Shown piece after piece: positions 15,439 through 29,316 of a stretch of 64,000 bases of DNA. The position numbers were made by a program, and so were the translations under genes. The stretch's first letter is position 1; each line of letters opens with the position of its first letter. The notes beneath the pieces are model-generated. The model was not told the DNA's origin, did no database searches, and saw only the letters and a list, made by a program, of their open reading frames with translations. Source of the stretch: Chrysomallon squamiferum (lineage: Eukaryota; Animalia; Mollusca); contig CM022673.1 in the NCBI GenBank assembly GCA_012295275.1, positions 8,432,001-8,496,000 on the forward strand. Direction: 5' to 3'.

Positions 15439-15675
15439 TGTTGTTTTTGTGTTTTTTTTAAAACTACAATTATATATATATATATATATATATATATGCA
15501 TATTATTGTTGTGTTTTGTGTGTTTTTTTTTTTTAAATCAATAATAAAAAAAATGATAATAATAAAAATATTTCTTCATCAGCTACTACTATCACACTAC
15601 AGCTAGTCTTACTACTGCTACTATTACCAATACTACTACTACTACTACTACTATTACTACTACTGCTAATAATAA

Positions 15676-15706
<31 letters not shown>

Positions 15707-15894
15707 AAGAAGAAAAACAACAACAACAACAAGACGAACAAGAAGAAACCAAAACAGTAAAAACAGTTGGTCTCATACCGCTGTTACTAACACTGAAATA
15801 CAAAAATATAAAGTTAATTAAACTACTGTTTTTGTTGTTACTACTATTATTATTTAGTTAGCTTACTGCAGTTTAATAACTATTTTTTTTTTTT

Positions 15895-15934
<40 letters not shown>

Positions 15935-17270
15935 AAAGGTCAAAATTCATTACCGTTTGACCGTTACGTAATTGTTCAATTACACGGTGTTGTGTATAAC
16001 TGCAACAGTGATGTGAAATGTGACACACACAGGTGCAGTCAGTTTGGCATTGATACGTTTGACATGACGTCGTGAGAACGTTTCTCACACGCGGTGTCTG
16101 CATTAATGCTACCCGTCACCGACATAGAGTGACAGTCCCTGTTTTTTCTAAACTGCTTGCTGTTCCTTTCACTCGTTCTGGCAAATCGTAAGCAATCGGA
16201 GGAAGAAATAAAAGTTGTATTTGAAACTTCGTCCAACAGACAGATTTTAATTTACGGTTTTATTGCGTCATACTTACGAATAAGGCATCGCGGAGATAAT
16301 GAGAGAGAAAACGGATTGATGCTGTCTGTATTTTTTTTATTATTATTATTATTATTTTTTTTTTTTTTTTAATGCACTTTTCATGAACAGGAAAAACATA
16401 TCACAGCTTTCATAAAGCGATCGTCAAACACGGACATTTATTTCTCACAGTTTCAGTACGTTTTTCAAAGTTTTTTTTTTTTTTTTTTTGAAAACAAAAA
16501 TTCTGGATGTGACAGCAACGTATAAATGGAACTGACACCAGGAAGTGAATTCTGACAGGATCAAAAAGGATAGTCCCATCGCAAATGACGTGTGTTTCAT
16601 TATGTAGCAACACGCATTACAAACCGCGGATTGAATATAAAATATTTATTCTTTTTTTTTTTTTTTTTTTTTAAAGCAGATAATTAAAATCAGCCGTTTC
16701 TGTTTCTGAATATAAATCGTTCAAATTTACGACCGTTAAAAAAAAAATCAGTTTTTTTCAAAACAGACGTAGAGAATCAATCAGTCAATTTGCAGATATT
16801 TACTATGAAATGTAAGAAAGACGATTTTCTTCTATTTTTTTTTTTTTTTTTTTTTTTTTATGAGTCTTTTGTGTTCTCTAAGATTGTTTCAGCAGGTGTT
16901 CTATAAAATACGTCTTTCAAATCACTGGATTACAACAACAAAAAAATAATAATAACTGGTGTTAATAACTAAAACAAAAATACCACGTCCATTTTTATAT
17001 AGCATCTTGTTTAATGGACGACATGTTTCTTTAACATTATTGCAACCAAAGCTTCTTTCATCAGTTCATATTAGTTAATGCACATGTTCGTTTTACGAGA
17101 TCTGTGATCTCATGAATGAAAAGTGGCGACATTTAGTTTTTTTCAACAAATAGCCATTTATTCATTCATTCATTTATTCATTCATTCGCTTCTTGTTTTT
17201 TTTTTTTTCCAGGATTACCATTAAGTCATTCGTTCATCCTTTCATTTTATTATATTTTCCTCTATTACTG

Positions 17271-17302
<32 letters not shown>

Positions 17303-19683
17303 GTTCTAATTTATGACCGGTAACAAAATCAATTAATACCAAAACCTTTTTGTATAATATCAATATCTTATCCGCCCCCAAGTGTAGCATTGAAGGAAAC
17401 AAGGCGAATTAATATGTATCATACACACAAAAAAAAACAATGCATTTCTTAAACACAGGATTGCCCTGCTTCTAATGACATCATAAATATAGAAAAATAT
17501 TTGAATACTGGCCGTGACATTGATCAGGGATGTCTAAATCTTCACTACCGTTAAAAATAATCTCTTTGATCTTTCTTATGAACCAAGGGTTATTTCTATG
17601 AACGCCGCATTGAAACAAAATGTCAATTTAACATGCACGAATTTGGCAAGTTAGTTTGTCAATATAACTATAAAAAAAAAAAAAAATTATTTTAAAAAGT
17701 TAAGTAAAGGAAATTGAAAGATAAATAAATAGATACTGTTTTGGCAAGCGTCGGACGAAATACGTTTCTAACCGCATTAATAAACATATAAGCTATTAGG
17801 CTTTGTAGAATTTGTTTGTTTTTTTTTTTTCTCAGAAAAATACAGAATGAATGGACGATTTGCGTGTTATATCCATAAAAATCAATCTATCAGATGCTAT
17901 ATGTAGAATAATTATTGCAAATTCCATTGAGTACGAATACATAACAATTTAGTTGCCAAAAGTACATGTATATAATAATTACCGAAGCCAACAGTCAAAG
18001 TAATATAATTAGCTCGGACATTGATGAATTGGGCTGGATTTTACATTTTCTTTATGGCAAATCTTTGCAAATAAAACCATTGTACACACACACACACACA
18101 CAAACACACACTGTTTAAACGTAATGAGTCCCGTATTAGAAAAAAATTGCAGACAGTATGAAATAGTTTTTATTTGAAGAAAGTCACTAGGTACATGACG
18201 TTGTTTCCTTATTTAACTCATACATTTTATTTGTCGCGTTATTTATTCATTTATTATATTGTTAAGCTGCATCAATTACTTTCATTATCTCTCCGTTTAT
18301 TGTCCTTCTGAGTCTACCTGTTTGTCTATTTCTCTATCCACCCACACACACATCCATTCATCCATCCATCCACAGCTTCGTCCATCTGTTTCTCTGTCTA
18401 TCTCTCTACAGTTTCTGTCTGTCTGTTTGTTCATTCGCCCGTGTGTCGGTCTAAATTAATATACATATTATTTACGCCATTCGTTCTTTTGTGCGTTCTT
18501 TGATTTGGAAACGGAAATAAGTTACGTTTGTCTTGCACTGAATGAGTAAGCACAAACTGATACATTGTCACTCCAGTGTTGATATTTTTTGGTGAGAGAT
18601 TTAAATGTTTTTCATTATATTAAGACGAAGAAATAACAAAAAAACTTTAATAAGACAAGTGAAATCGAATAAATAACCCATTTCATTTCAGACTGTCAGA
18701 TTTTTTTTGCTGTTACATCCGGGGAAAGTCACAATAGTGTCTAATTATATCAGTTGATGAATCCAGATTTAAAAAAATAAATAAAAATAAAAAATAGTTT
18801 TGATGATTCTCAATTAACGGCTTCAGCTCATTATATGATTAACATAACCGCAAAAATGCATAATGATTAAATCATTTATTAAGCCATAAAACAAGATGCG
18901 AATCCAAAAGAGCTCGCTAAAAATGTTTATATCAACGTTACCTTTAAATCTCAACGTAACGGATTGTCAGAGATTCAGGTTATGCAGTATATTAATGATT
19001 ATCAAGTCGATTTTCAGTTTTTGTATTAACCATACCTTCATGTACCTCTTTGACAAACCATTTTGCATCACAAAACTCTTCCTTTTTTTGTTTTTCTTTC
19101 TTTCTTTTTCCTTTTTCTTTCTACCCTTCGCTTTTATTTCTTTGTTGCGTTTTTCGTGTGTCCTTCTTGCCTTTCTTTTTCTTTCTTTCTTTCTTTTTTT
19201 TTTTTCTTTCTTTCTTTACCCTTTCTTTCTTTCTTAAACTGTCTCAATTTCTCCAGTCTCTTCGATGTGTCATCGCCACCACCCACCCACTACCGTGTTA
19301 CGGCCACGCAAAACATTGTCATGTTTACTCGTAACGCGAAGAAAACAGCGCATCACGTTCAGATAATGGCGGATCATAGCGTATATGATTGTACGATAAG
19401 GCGATTAACATGGACAAATTGAACACTGATAGCATCGTATACAGTCATATGTTGTCAGCTTGACAATCTGGTAGAAAAAATAAAAAATAAAAGCAGACGT
19501 AGGAGGATGTTTGTATGCTCGGCATGAGCCAGCAATTATGAGTAATCTCTCCCGTTCTCCAGGATGCCCAGAAATATGTTTATTGGCGTAACGCAGTCAT
19601 CAAATGGTTTTAATACATTCCGCATCACATTTGTACTTATAGATAATGTTTTGTTGAACAACACTGAATAGACTGAAAGTGTA

Positions 19684-19787
<104 letters not shown>

Positions 19788-19839
19788 GAGAGTGAAAGAG
19801 ACAGAGAGAAAGGGAGATAGCGAGAGAGAGAAAGAGACA

Positions 19840-19902
<63 letters not shown>

Positions 19903-22266
19903 TCACCGATTATTCCGAAATCAGCAAGAAAAAGATGAGTAAATGTAACATACATACTTGTCGTTAATAAAAGAAACATACGAATGTGGAACATTAATTG
20001 TAACCGAGAAACCATCCACTGAAGATGGAAAAATAAGAAACGAAGGAACAAAAACAGTTTTTTTGAAAGAAAACAGAAAATAGAAGATCAGTTTTATCAT
20101 CAACATCACCAAAGTTTAGAAATGAATTAATTAAACTGAAAATAACAATTAGAACGCCATTGAAGAAGAAGAAAAGAAAAAAAACCTTTAGCATGAAATA
20201 AAGAAAGAAAGAAAGAAAGAAAGAAGGAAGGAACTTAAGTTAAAGTAATACATCATGGACACAATCCTCTTTAACACATCATTCCTGGGAATAACAAGAG
20301 TCTTAAACACCATTACGTTCTCCGGCCTATCTCGCCGTATTCAGAAATCATGAGACACGACGCGGGTTTCCATCCCCATTAATTCCATCAGTAATGGCGT
20401 TTTAAGCACACGCCACACACGACTAATAAAACACACAGCAAATTAACTGTGACGCGATATTTATTCATTATTCGCAGAGCCTTTTATTAAGGTCGACGCT
20501 GGCCTCCTTGGTGACTTCATTTGCTTACCAGCAATGAACGTAATGGTTCTTTCCATTCATGTTTTTTTTTTTTTTTTTTTTTTTTTATACCTCTGCCCCA
20601 TTCATGAATTGTTTTCGTTTATGAATTATTGTACTAAATGATGTGTGCATTGCCTATCAGAATTCAAAAAATCAGTTATTTCTGTCTCGTTTCCTAATGT
20701 AACGTATTCGCCGACATAAATATAGACAAAAATTGAATGAATGGTATTTCATTTCTCATGAACATGTATTGTTTCGGTTAGTGTTGCTAACAATGCTATT
20801 TCTCGATCATCATCAATATTAATATTTTTATTCAAAACGATGCTAATATTATATATTCGTTCATATATTAAAACAGATCACTTCCATTACAAAATCTAAA
20901 AAAGTTGTGACAGCTGGCGGTGACTGTCGGAATATCCCATGAATGAAACAGATCGGCCATTCATTCAAAGAATGATTACAGCGATTTACACAAGTCCTGG
21001 AACTAAATTATGATTCGGAAACGAAATTCCTGTTTACAGACCTCGAGACCGAGTGCTTAACCCATGTATAACCAAGACTATCCAAATATAGATGACCGTC
21101 GACTGGTATACAATGAAATGACCACAATAATAATGATGAAAAGCGGAACAGGACGTGTGTGTCGGTTCACAAACTAAAACGGAAGCCTCCCACGCTAGTG
21201 ACGTATGGGAAATTCGGTTTCTTAACTAAAATAATGACAGGATATTAGTGGAATAGTTTGCGATTTGTTATTTGCAGTCTGTTATTTCCTTATGTATGAT
21301 CTACAAGACTCGATCCATTATCCTATCACGTACCACGGACATATCTATAAAACGATTACTGTTTCCCATAAAAAAAAAAAAAAAAAAAGTAAGAGAACAG
21401 AAAACTTACACCGAAATCGGATTTCAATTTAAATTTTACGAATTGGTGTTATATTTCCAAGAGATGAAAAATAGTTGGGTGTAATTATACAGGAACCTAC
21501 ATATTGTGCTTCCCAAAAATACCGAATATACCAGTATTCTCAATAATTATTGTCCAAATAATCCGAATAATCCAATGAAATTTTAATAGCTTTATTAAAT
21601 TCACAACACGTAGCGTTTCGAATGCAATTCGGTCTAAAACGTTGCAGACTAAATAATGTCCAGAATACGTAATTTTCCGATAACAGGACAATTGCGAAAT
21701 AACCACCATCTGCAAATTCTCCATTATTATTACATGTAGGCTGTCGCTGTGTTTTAAGAATAATTAGCCATTGCTGTAGATGGAGAAACTGGACAGAATT
21801 ATCGTTTTATGCTTTGCTAAGACAGAAAACAGACCTTCTGAAAGAGAATTAAAATTGCAACGAACAAGGATTTTCGTTTCTAATGCCATTAGGAACATGT
21901 GGTGTATATCAAAACGCTAAATTGGTTTTTACATGTGTATATATATATGTGTAGATTGCATTTGGTTTGATGGCGATGATGGTGATGTCCGTGTGTTTGT
22001 GTGTATGTATGTGTGAGTGAGCGTGTTTATTTATAAGAATGCGAATATAGTTTGTGTATTTACGATTCAGTCTTGATATTCGGTTGGCGACTGAATAATT
22101 ATACTGACGAGGAAATACTGGGATGACGATTTTTAATTAATGCCAACATTATTGTTTCACAGAAAAGTCTGTGTTACATAATTTAATCATCAAACGTTCA
22201 GAGCGCATGCGTGCAGAGGAACGTCATTTGAAAGGACAAATTTCCTTTATTTGTACTGACAGTCAA

Positions 22267-22387
22267 AGAGATACGACTGAACTGAACTGAAAACGTAATG
22301 TTACAATGACAGTACAGGCACAGTATCAGAGATAGGACTGAACTGAACTAAAAACGTAATGTAACAATGACAGTACAGGCACAGTAT
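22267..22387. repeat. Tandem duplication of a ~61-bp unit (2 copies)
   Basis: agagatacgactgaactgaactgaaaacgtaatgttacaatgacagtacaggcacagtat occurs twice with 3 mismatches. Confidence 0.9.
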
Positions 22388-23083
22388 GTGATCTGCATGG
22401 CTATTTTGCGCAAATACGTGTGACTGTGTATATCTTTATGTATGTTTATCTGTTTATGGCAAGTGTGTATGCATATTATCATCCCTTAATTACAGAGATA
22501 CGGCGAAAACATCAAAATATTTCATTTCTAGCCTTATATATATATATATGGGGGGGGTATTTTGCTAAATGTCTAATATATGTTTTTTGTTTTGTTTTTT
22601 CATTTATTCATAAACGTTTACTCTCTAGAAACAGATAAAACTCTTCCCTTCGTTCACTTTACTCCTGTCGCAGTGTTAAAAAAAAAAAAAAAAAAAAATG
22701 TTTATTTACCAAAGCACGCTTTCGCTGTCTGAGCGCGGCTGTGTCGTTCCGTCAGACACTGTCTCATTAACCGGACGACGTTTTAGATTTACAACTGTTG
22801 ATCTTCGTACGGGGTTGGCTACTTCAGTTTACTTACGGCTGATTGCTTCTCTCCAGAGGACGTGGGTGGAGTGTTTTGAATCGACGCTTTTTTTCTTTCA
22901 ATTTACATCATAACTACACGTAATGTACGAGGTTTCATAATCACACAACGTTATCTGCTTGTCAGAGCCGGGATTAGCTGGGTGGACCGCGGAGCTCTGG
23001 GTTTCATTTTGATAATTGTATTTCCCAGTCGTTTCTGTTTGCAGACAAAATATTAACTCTTGTCGCTGTGTTGCAGTTTTATA

Positions 23084-23117
<34 letters not shown>

Positions 23118-23823
23118 TATCACTTCCTACAGCACCCAGCGCTCATAAACCCGGAACAGAACCGAACAGAGGAGAAAATAAGGCAATTTCGCCGTAACCA
23201 AATGAAAATACAAAATCTTTCCATTTCGGAAACTGCGCGTGGAACATTTTGATTGATGCATGAAGCAGTCGTAGACGTATCAATAGCCTTCACCACGAAA
23301 ATGGCTGTATTGACTAGCGGTTAAATTGCCCTCAGCCAACCTTCCATATAACTTCATCAGACATTTCCAGTCTCTTGTGGCAAATTTATGAAGTTGACAC
23401 ATTAAACTGGCGCGTTTAGCTGTCAGTGCATTTATTCATTCTTTCCGTGCACGACGAGACGGTGTTTTGGTTATTAACTTGTCGTCATATACGAGGGCAA
23501 TACCAGCGCGTTAGCGTTACTTTAACAGATCTATCTATCTGTCTATCTATCAATCTTGTATATCAACAGCGTTAAAGTCAACAGTACGTTTCTTCTCTTA
23601 ATGGTTTTAACATCATTGTAGAAATGGTGCTATCTGTGTTTTATCGCTAGGGTCTGCATGCAGCGTATTGCATCAGTCCAACAGCATCCCAGCGCTGCTG
23701 TCGTACACAACATGTTGCAGTCAATAAAGAGATACTAACCTCGATTTATCAGCATGCAATCGTCGTTCTGCTAAACGTTATTGCAGACAGCCAGCTGCAT
23801 GTTCGGATTAAGTCAGCAGGTTT

Positions 23824-24156
23824 TTTGACATTAATTCAGCACGTCTCCGGCGTTTGTTCAGCAGTAGGTCAAATATCTGTTAACATCGTTATATCGAGTA
23901 ATATTACAGATACCTGTAATAGTGGGAAAATAAAGTAAATGTATTTTGTCCTCTTCCCAGTATAGCTGAAGCGGACCGAACCTTTGGCATTAATTCAGCA
24001 AGATACTAGCATTAATTCAACAGTAGTACAAATAGCTTTAAACATCGCTATAGTAGAATCATGTTAATATTTAGGCGAGTTATATCTGTAATAAAAGAAA
24101 AAAATCAAAGGCATTTTGTCCACTTCCAAGAAGGGCCAACTTTTGCTAAGCAGACC
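23824..24156. repeat. Diverged tandem duplication of a ~160-bp unit
   Basis: Both units share tttg.cattaattcagca...cagtag..caaata.ct.t.aacatcg.tata...ctgtaata...attttgtcc.cttcc.ag...aagc.gacc. Confidence 0.7.
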
Positions 24157-24337
24157 AGTCTGAGTAGACGCTTGTTTGAATATACAAGTTTCTGACACGT
24201 GACTAGTAAGACTGTTGAGAACATTTATTCTGTATATATGTATGTCTATAAAATGCCTATATTTTTCTAGAATTCCCTAGAGAAAATAATGAATTTATAA
24301 CGACACTTGAACACATTTTAATATTAGCCATTATTAT

Positions 24338-24453
<116 letters not shown>

Positions 24454-25756
24454 ACCATTATCCATTATTAGAAGTCACTTATACTGTTACTGTTTTGTTG
24501 TTGTTGCCGTTTATTTTATTTTATTTTATTTATTTATTTATTTATTTGTTTATTTATTGCGTTTTTGTTCTTGATTTTCTTTCATTCTTTCACTTTTTAG
24601 TAAAATGGTTATTCGAATAGTAGCAAGTGATATTTTATATCACTTTCTCATGAACAGTTAAAGCATATTCTACAGCCACTGATAATAAAAATCATGGAGT
24701 GCTGTTTTGCTTAATACCTTCCTGGTTAAAAGCAGTGCAGATAAGTAAATGTGAGAAATATGTATTTTTCCTCGCCTGCTAGTTAAATTGATCTGTGTTC
24801 ATTTCCTAATGGCCACAAGAGGATTATTGCTAAATACTTTTTCTCGTATATTGACGGAGCCATATTTCATCGTTACAGCTGCTTTCTGTCGTTTAGGTGT
24901 ACGATTTTCCGGCAGTTCTTCAGATCAAAGAACCAGTCAGTAACTATATGCAAATTGGCCAGAGCATTCACACAGTGAGAAGCCCTGAACACACTTAAAT
25001 AACCCAGTTAATATAAACAAAAGTAATAAATAAGAAAGAACGAAGAAGAAGAAAAATAAAACACTAACAACAATAAGAAGAAGAAGAAGAAGAAGAAGAA
25101 GATATTTCACTAATGTTTATTATAGCAACTAAGAAAACAATACCAGTGTTTAAATATGAATATAACAGTTACATCCTAATTATTACTAAACTTACTAATT
25201 GCTAGTCTTTGCTAATAATAAAGTCTGGCAATATATTAAAAAGCACTAGGAGATATACTTTCGCTTTCTTTTATATTATCTTACTTTACAGTTACAAATA
25301 TTACTGAGAAATAATTATATAAAATGTTAAATAATATATTATTCTCTCCAACACGGTTACACACTTAAGGTATTATTAACAGAGATGAATGGCCAGAGAC
25401 TTAACATTTTTACTAGCTGCATATATCACAATCCCTATTAGAATACTGTCTGTGCATTTTAAGCGAAAAACATAAAAACGAATCTGTGAACTGTTCCATT
25501 ATACTTGAAAGATTTTTCAAATATTGATTTCATATATGACAGGTGTAACCAATACTGCACCCAGTTAGTTTGTCCAATGTTAATTTTTTTTTTTTTTTTT
25601 TTTATTCTCAGCAAGTGTTATTTGGAGATAACATGTTTCGCAGAAAATTATATCTGTTGACGAAACCTCCGATAAAAGTGACTTCGCATCTCATTAGGGG
25701 GAGAGGCGACATTCGGATAAGAGTATTTCCACTGCAGGGTAGGATCCGCAGATGGA

Positions 25757-25770
25757 ATATGACGTCATAT
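25757..25770. promoter_or_regulatory. Full CRE (TGACGTCA) inside a perfect 14-bp palindrome
   Basis: ATATGACGTCATAT, within a locally GC-richer island. Confidence 0.4.
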
Positions 25771-26325
25771 GAGGTTACAAAGCATTTATTTATCAAGCTC
25801 GGCTATGTCTTGTACAAGGACAATTATATTTTCTCAGAGGTTAGATATTATCAAATATAAACACAGCATGATCTATATTGATTATCAGAAACCCATATCG
25901 CCTCCGTATGTTCAATAAAACGTGCAAAACCTGTTTTTTCAGAAGCATCAATTTCTTAAAACGGCCCACGCAGAAATTAGCGTTCCTACGTTTACGACAT
26001 AAGAATTGTTTTATCCCGTATTCATAAACGTGCTTTATCAGAATGTGCCGATAACATACCTTATAAACAAAGACTGGTGTTACACAAACAAAAGAAAAAG
26101 AAAAAGAGACCACGCGATAATAGAGAATACGTAGTTAGACTATTGTAAGATATCACAAAATTTAATTTTATAGGTTCAGAGAAAATGTAACACCGTAATA
26201 GTTAGGTTACAATTTTCTCAACATCTCAAATATTACGATTACGGTGTAGCAATAGCTGTTATTTTGTACGAGGTCCACTGCAGGATTCAAAATGCACGAA
26301 ACAATTACAGCCTTCACTAACTTAC

Positions 26326-26740
26326 AGTCTTCAATGGTACGTATTATGTTGTAAAAGTACGTTTTATTTTTAGGGTTATCAATCCCAAGAAACGGATTTA
26401 AAACGAACGTCTATTTTCGCCGCGTTGTCCGCCATAGTGCGAGCACGTTTTTTCAATGACGGTCTTTACCCCGGCTGTCTTCTGCAAAAGAGAGATTTTC
26501 AAAAAGCTTAACCTTAAAGTATTAAAAGTCAGCGTTACCACTTCCTTACTCCTGACTCGCGGTCGGTCGTGCCGAGTCGTTCACGAACTGCACGGTCCGG
26601 AAACACCCGATCCCAAATCTCAAAGCGAGTGCAGTCTGGGTGTAACACCATGATGACACCCACTTGACCGATCGCCCGCTTTTTCAGCACAGTTGCAGAT
26701 CAAAAATCTTTCTAAATCGCCCCCGACTTCAAATCGGTGT
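26326..26740 (-). promoter_or_regulatory. CpG-rich candidate promoter and first (5' UTR) exon of an unidentified minus-strand gene
   Basis: One of the most CpG-dense stretches of the window; YY1-like CCGCCAT; ends at donor GACT|GTAAGTT (26326/26325). Confidence 0.45.
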
Positions 26741-29281
26741 TTCTAACTCACGAGAAAGAGGAAAACGTGAAGACGAATGAATGGTTTTGTGAATCTTGAA
26801 TTTTTAGAAACTGGTTGGATGGTTCGCCCGGACTAACGTTTGATCTTTGAAACCTGAGATGATGCTGACAGAAACCCATTTCGGATTTCAAGAGATGTCT
26901 TTTTATATTTTGTGCTGGCGGAGAGGGTTTTTTTCTTATTTTGAATGAAAAATAATAGTATGGAGGGTTTGGATTTTTTTTTTTTTTATTAAATGTTTAC
27001 TGTTATTATTTTTTTATTTTCTTTTTGAGACTGGAATAAAGAGATAAAATCATGACCTCAAAACCATCAAATGCGAACTGATGTACAAACTTATAGTAAT
27101 TTGTGATTAGTTATATAAAGATGCAGGTGGGGTGGTTATAGAAAGTTGAGGAAAATCAGTTTTATTTATAAAGACTCAAGCGCGCACACTCACATGCGCA
27201 CACTCACATACGCACACATAAACGAGCGCACATCAACAGTCTTCATAATTCAGGTTTCGGTTCGATAATAACATGAAAATATTAAGAATTCTAGGGATTA
27301 ATATTTTATATTTATTGATTTTATTGTTTAAATCACCGATAACGCTATTACCCATTCAGTTTTTCAAGAGAGAGCATATACATTTTCGTACGACAGGTTT
27401 TTTCTTTCAGTTGTTCTATTGCTGGGCATTTCTGAAAATAATTTTTATAGCATAACTTTCCGTCTGTCGTTGTATATATTTAAAGTTTACATTCCTGCTA
27501 ATTTTTACACCAGTTTCAACATCTCACAGACTTCCATAAAGCTAGAACGTCTGCAATCCCAAATAATATAAATAACGTTAAAACATTTTTTTTTTTTTTT
27601 TTTTATAAACCTTTAATATGGCTGACCTTTTGCCAGCTAGCGATATGCCTTCGTAAACACTCTTTCCGAGACGTGCGTTATTATACCCAAATTGGTCGTA
27701 ACATTTATCACTATGATGTGGTAACAGATCGAATCTGATCGCTTGTTTAAACACCAGTGTAGGCGTCTCCTCAGGGACATATTTTTGTTAGCAAAATGAG
27801 CTGTAATTCAAAACTTTTGTCGCAAATGTTATTACGGAAGCACGACAGAAAAAAAAACACAAAACAAATCGGAATTACCTCCCTTCACAATGGTACTCTT
27901 CAAATGGCTTTTCTCGAGAAAAACAAAAACATTAAAAAAAAAAAAAAAAAAAATGGCGACAGCAGCAATAAACCTACGAACCGTTTGAATAAAAATCTCG
28001 GTAAAAATTATAATAACAGAACTAATACAAATATGTCTTAGCTTGGAGGACATTGATGATAACAGAGTCGAGCTCATGAAGTTAACAGAATTTTGGACCA
28101 ATACAACTTCGTGCGAAAGAGAAACGCTCAAACAGATATGTACTTTTGTTAATGGTCGTTTCGCTAATAATCACGTGCATCATCATCATCGTCGTCGTTA
28201 TTATCATATCATCGTCGTCGTCGTTATTATCATATCATCACTGCAAGAACGAGTTAGCACAACAAACAAATCATTATCGACAGAGTCGTTATAGTTTCTT
28301 TCTTTCTTCTTTTCTTATGTTAACAACTCTTATGCAGACTAGACTAACATGATATAGTTTGTTATTTTATATTTAAGGTGTATATTAATATTGTGTTTCC
28401 AGTTCAGTCATATGTTCAGTTTAAAACATAATGTAAGTGTATTCTGTAGTGAAAAGTGGACGCCAAGTCACACGAACCGTAGAATTTGTATAATCGGACC
28501 CAATGTTTTCATAACGTAAGAAACAGGCGGGAATTAGATGAAAAATTTAAATGGAAGAGTTGACATCTTCTTTTCATTTTCTTCTTTTATGATTTTTTTT
28601 TTTTTTTTTTTTTTTTCTCACATGTCCTTTCTTAAAAATTCTTTGTGTGTTTCTTTCTTTCTTTATTTGTTTTTATTTGCTAAAATATTAAATATGAACA
28701 TTTGTTATTTTATAGTGTTATTATTATTACCGTTGAAATTCGCGCAGTAACCCGCTTCATATTATCGAGTAGTATTCAATTAAAGCAATAATAATAATAA
28801 TAATAATAATAAAATAAATAAATAAATAAAACAGCGTCATTGGCAATTGCTGAACTTCGATGATTTTCGATTTATCAATGTTACATAATATTAATTATTA
28901 TTATTATTATTATTATTTTAATCTGTTTTATTCAGTATTCTATATAAGACTTTCCTGAAGTATTCTTCGATATTTTATTTTAATTTTCAGTTACTGCAAT
29001 TTTAGAAAATAACGATGACTCAGGCTTCCTCGATAATTTGCTTCTATTACCTTTTCACTCGCTACATTGTATTATTAAACCTATCAGACACGCCATGGGA
29101 AATTATCCTTGTACTACTCGTCTCAGTTAATCATCCTGTGCACCAGTTAATTGTAGATGATATTTAGCTTAGGCCATAACAATTAAAATACATGTTTCCC
29201 GACTCTCTATTTTCATCATACACAAACCGGGCATTCATGTCTGTAGTATTTGCACAGTAAATGTTTTACATAATAATAATA

Positions 29282-29316
<35 letters not shown>

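Noticed and set aside
22267-22387. Direct repeats considered as CRISPR-like (also 5188-5308 and 11885-12290)
   Set aside because: No unique spacers between identical repeats, eukaryotic context, no cas genes.
28043-28294. ORF LEDIDDNRVELMKLTEFWTNTTSCERE...
   Set aside because: Weak acceptor, no convincing donor, runs into microsatellite, no recognisable family.
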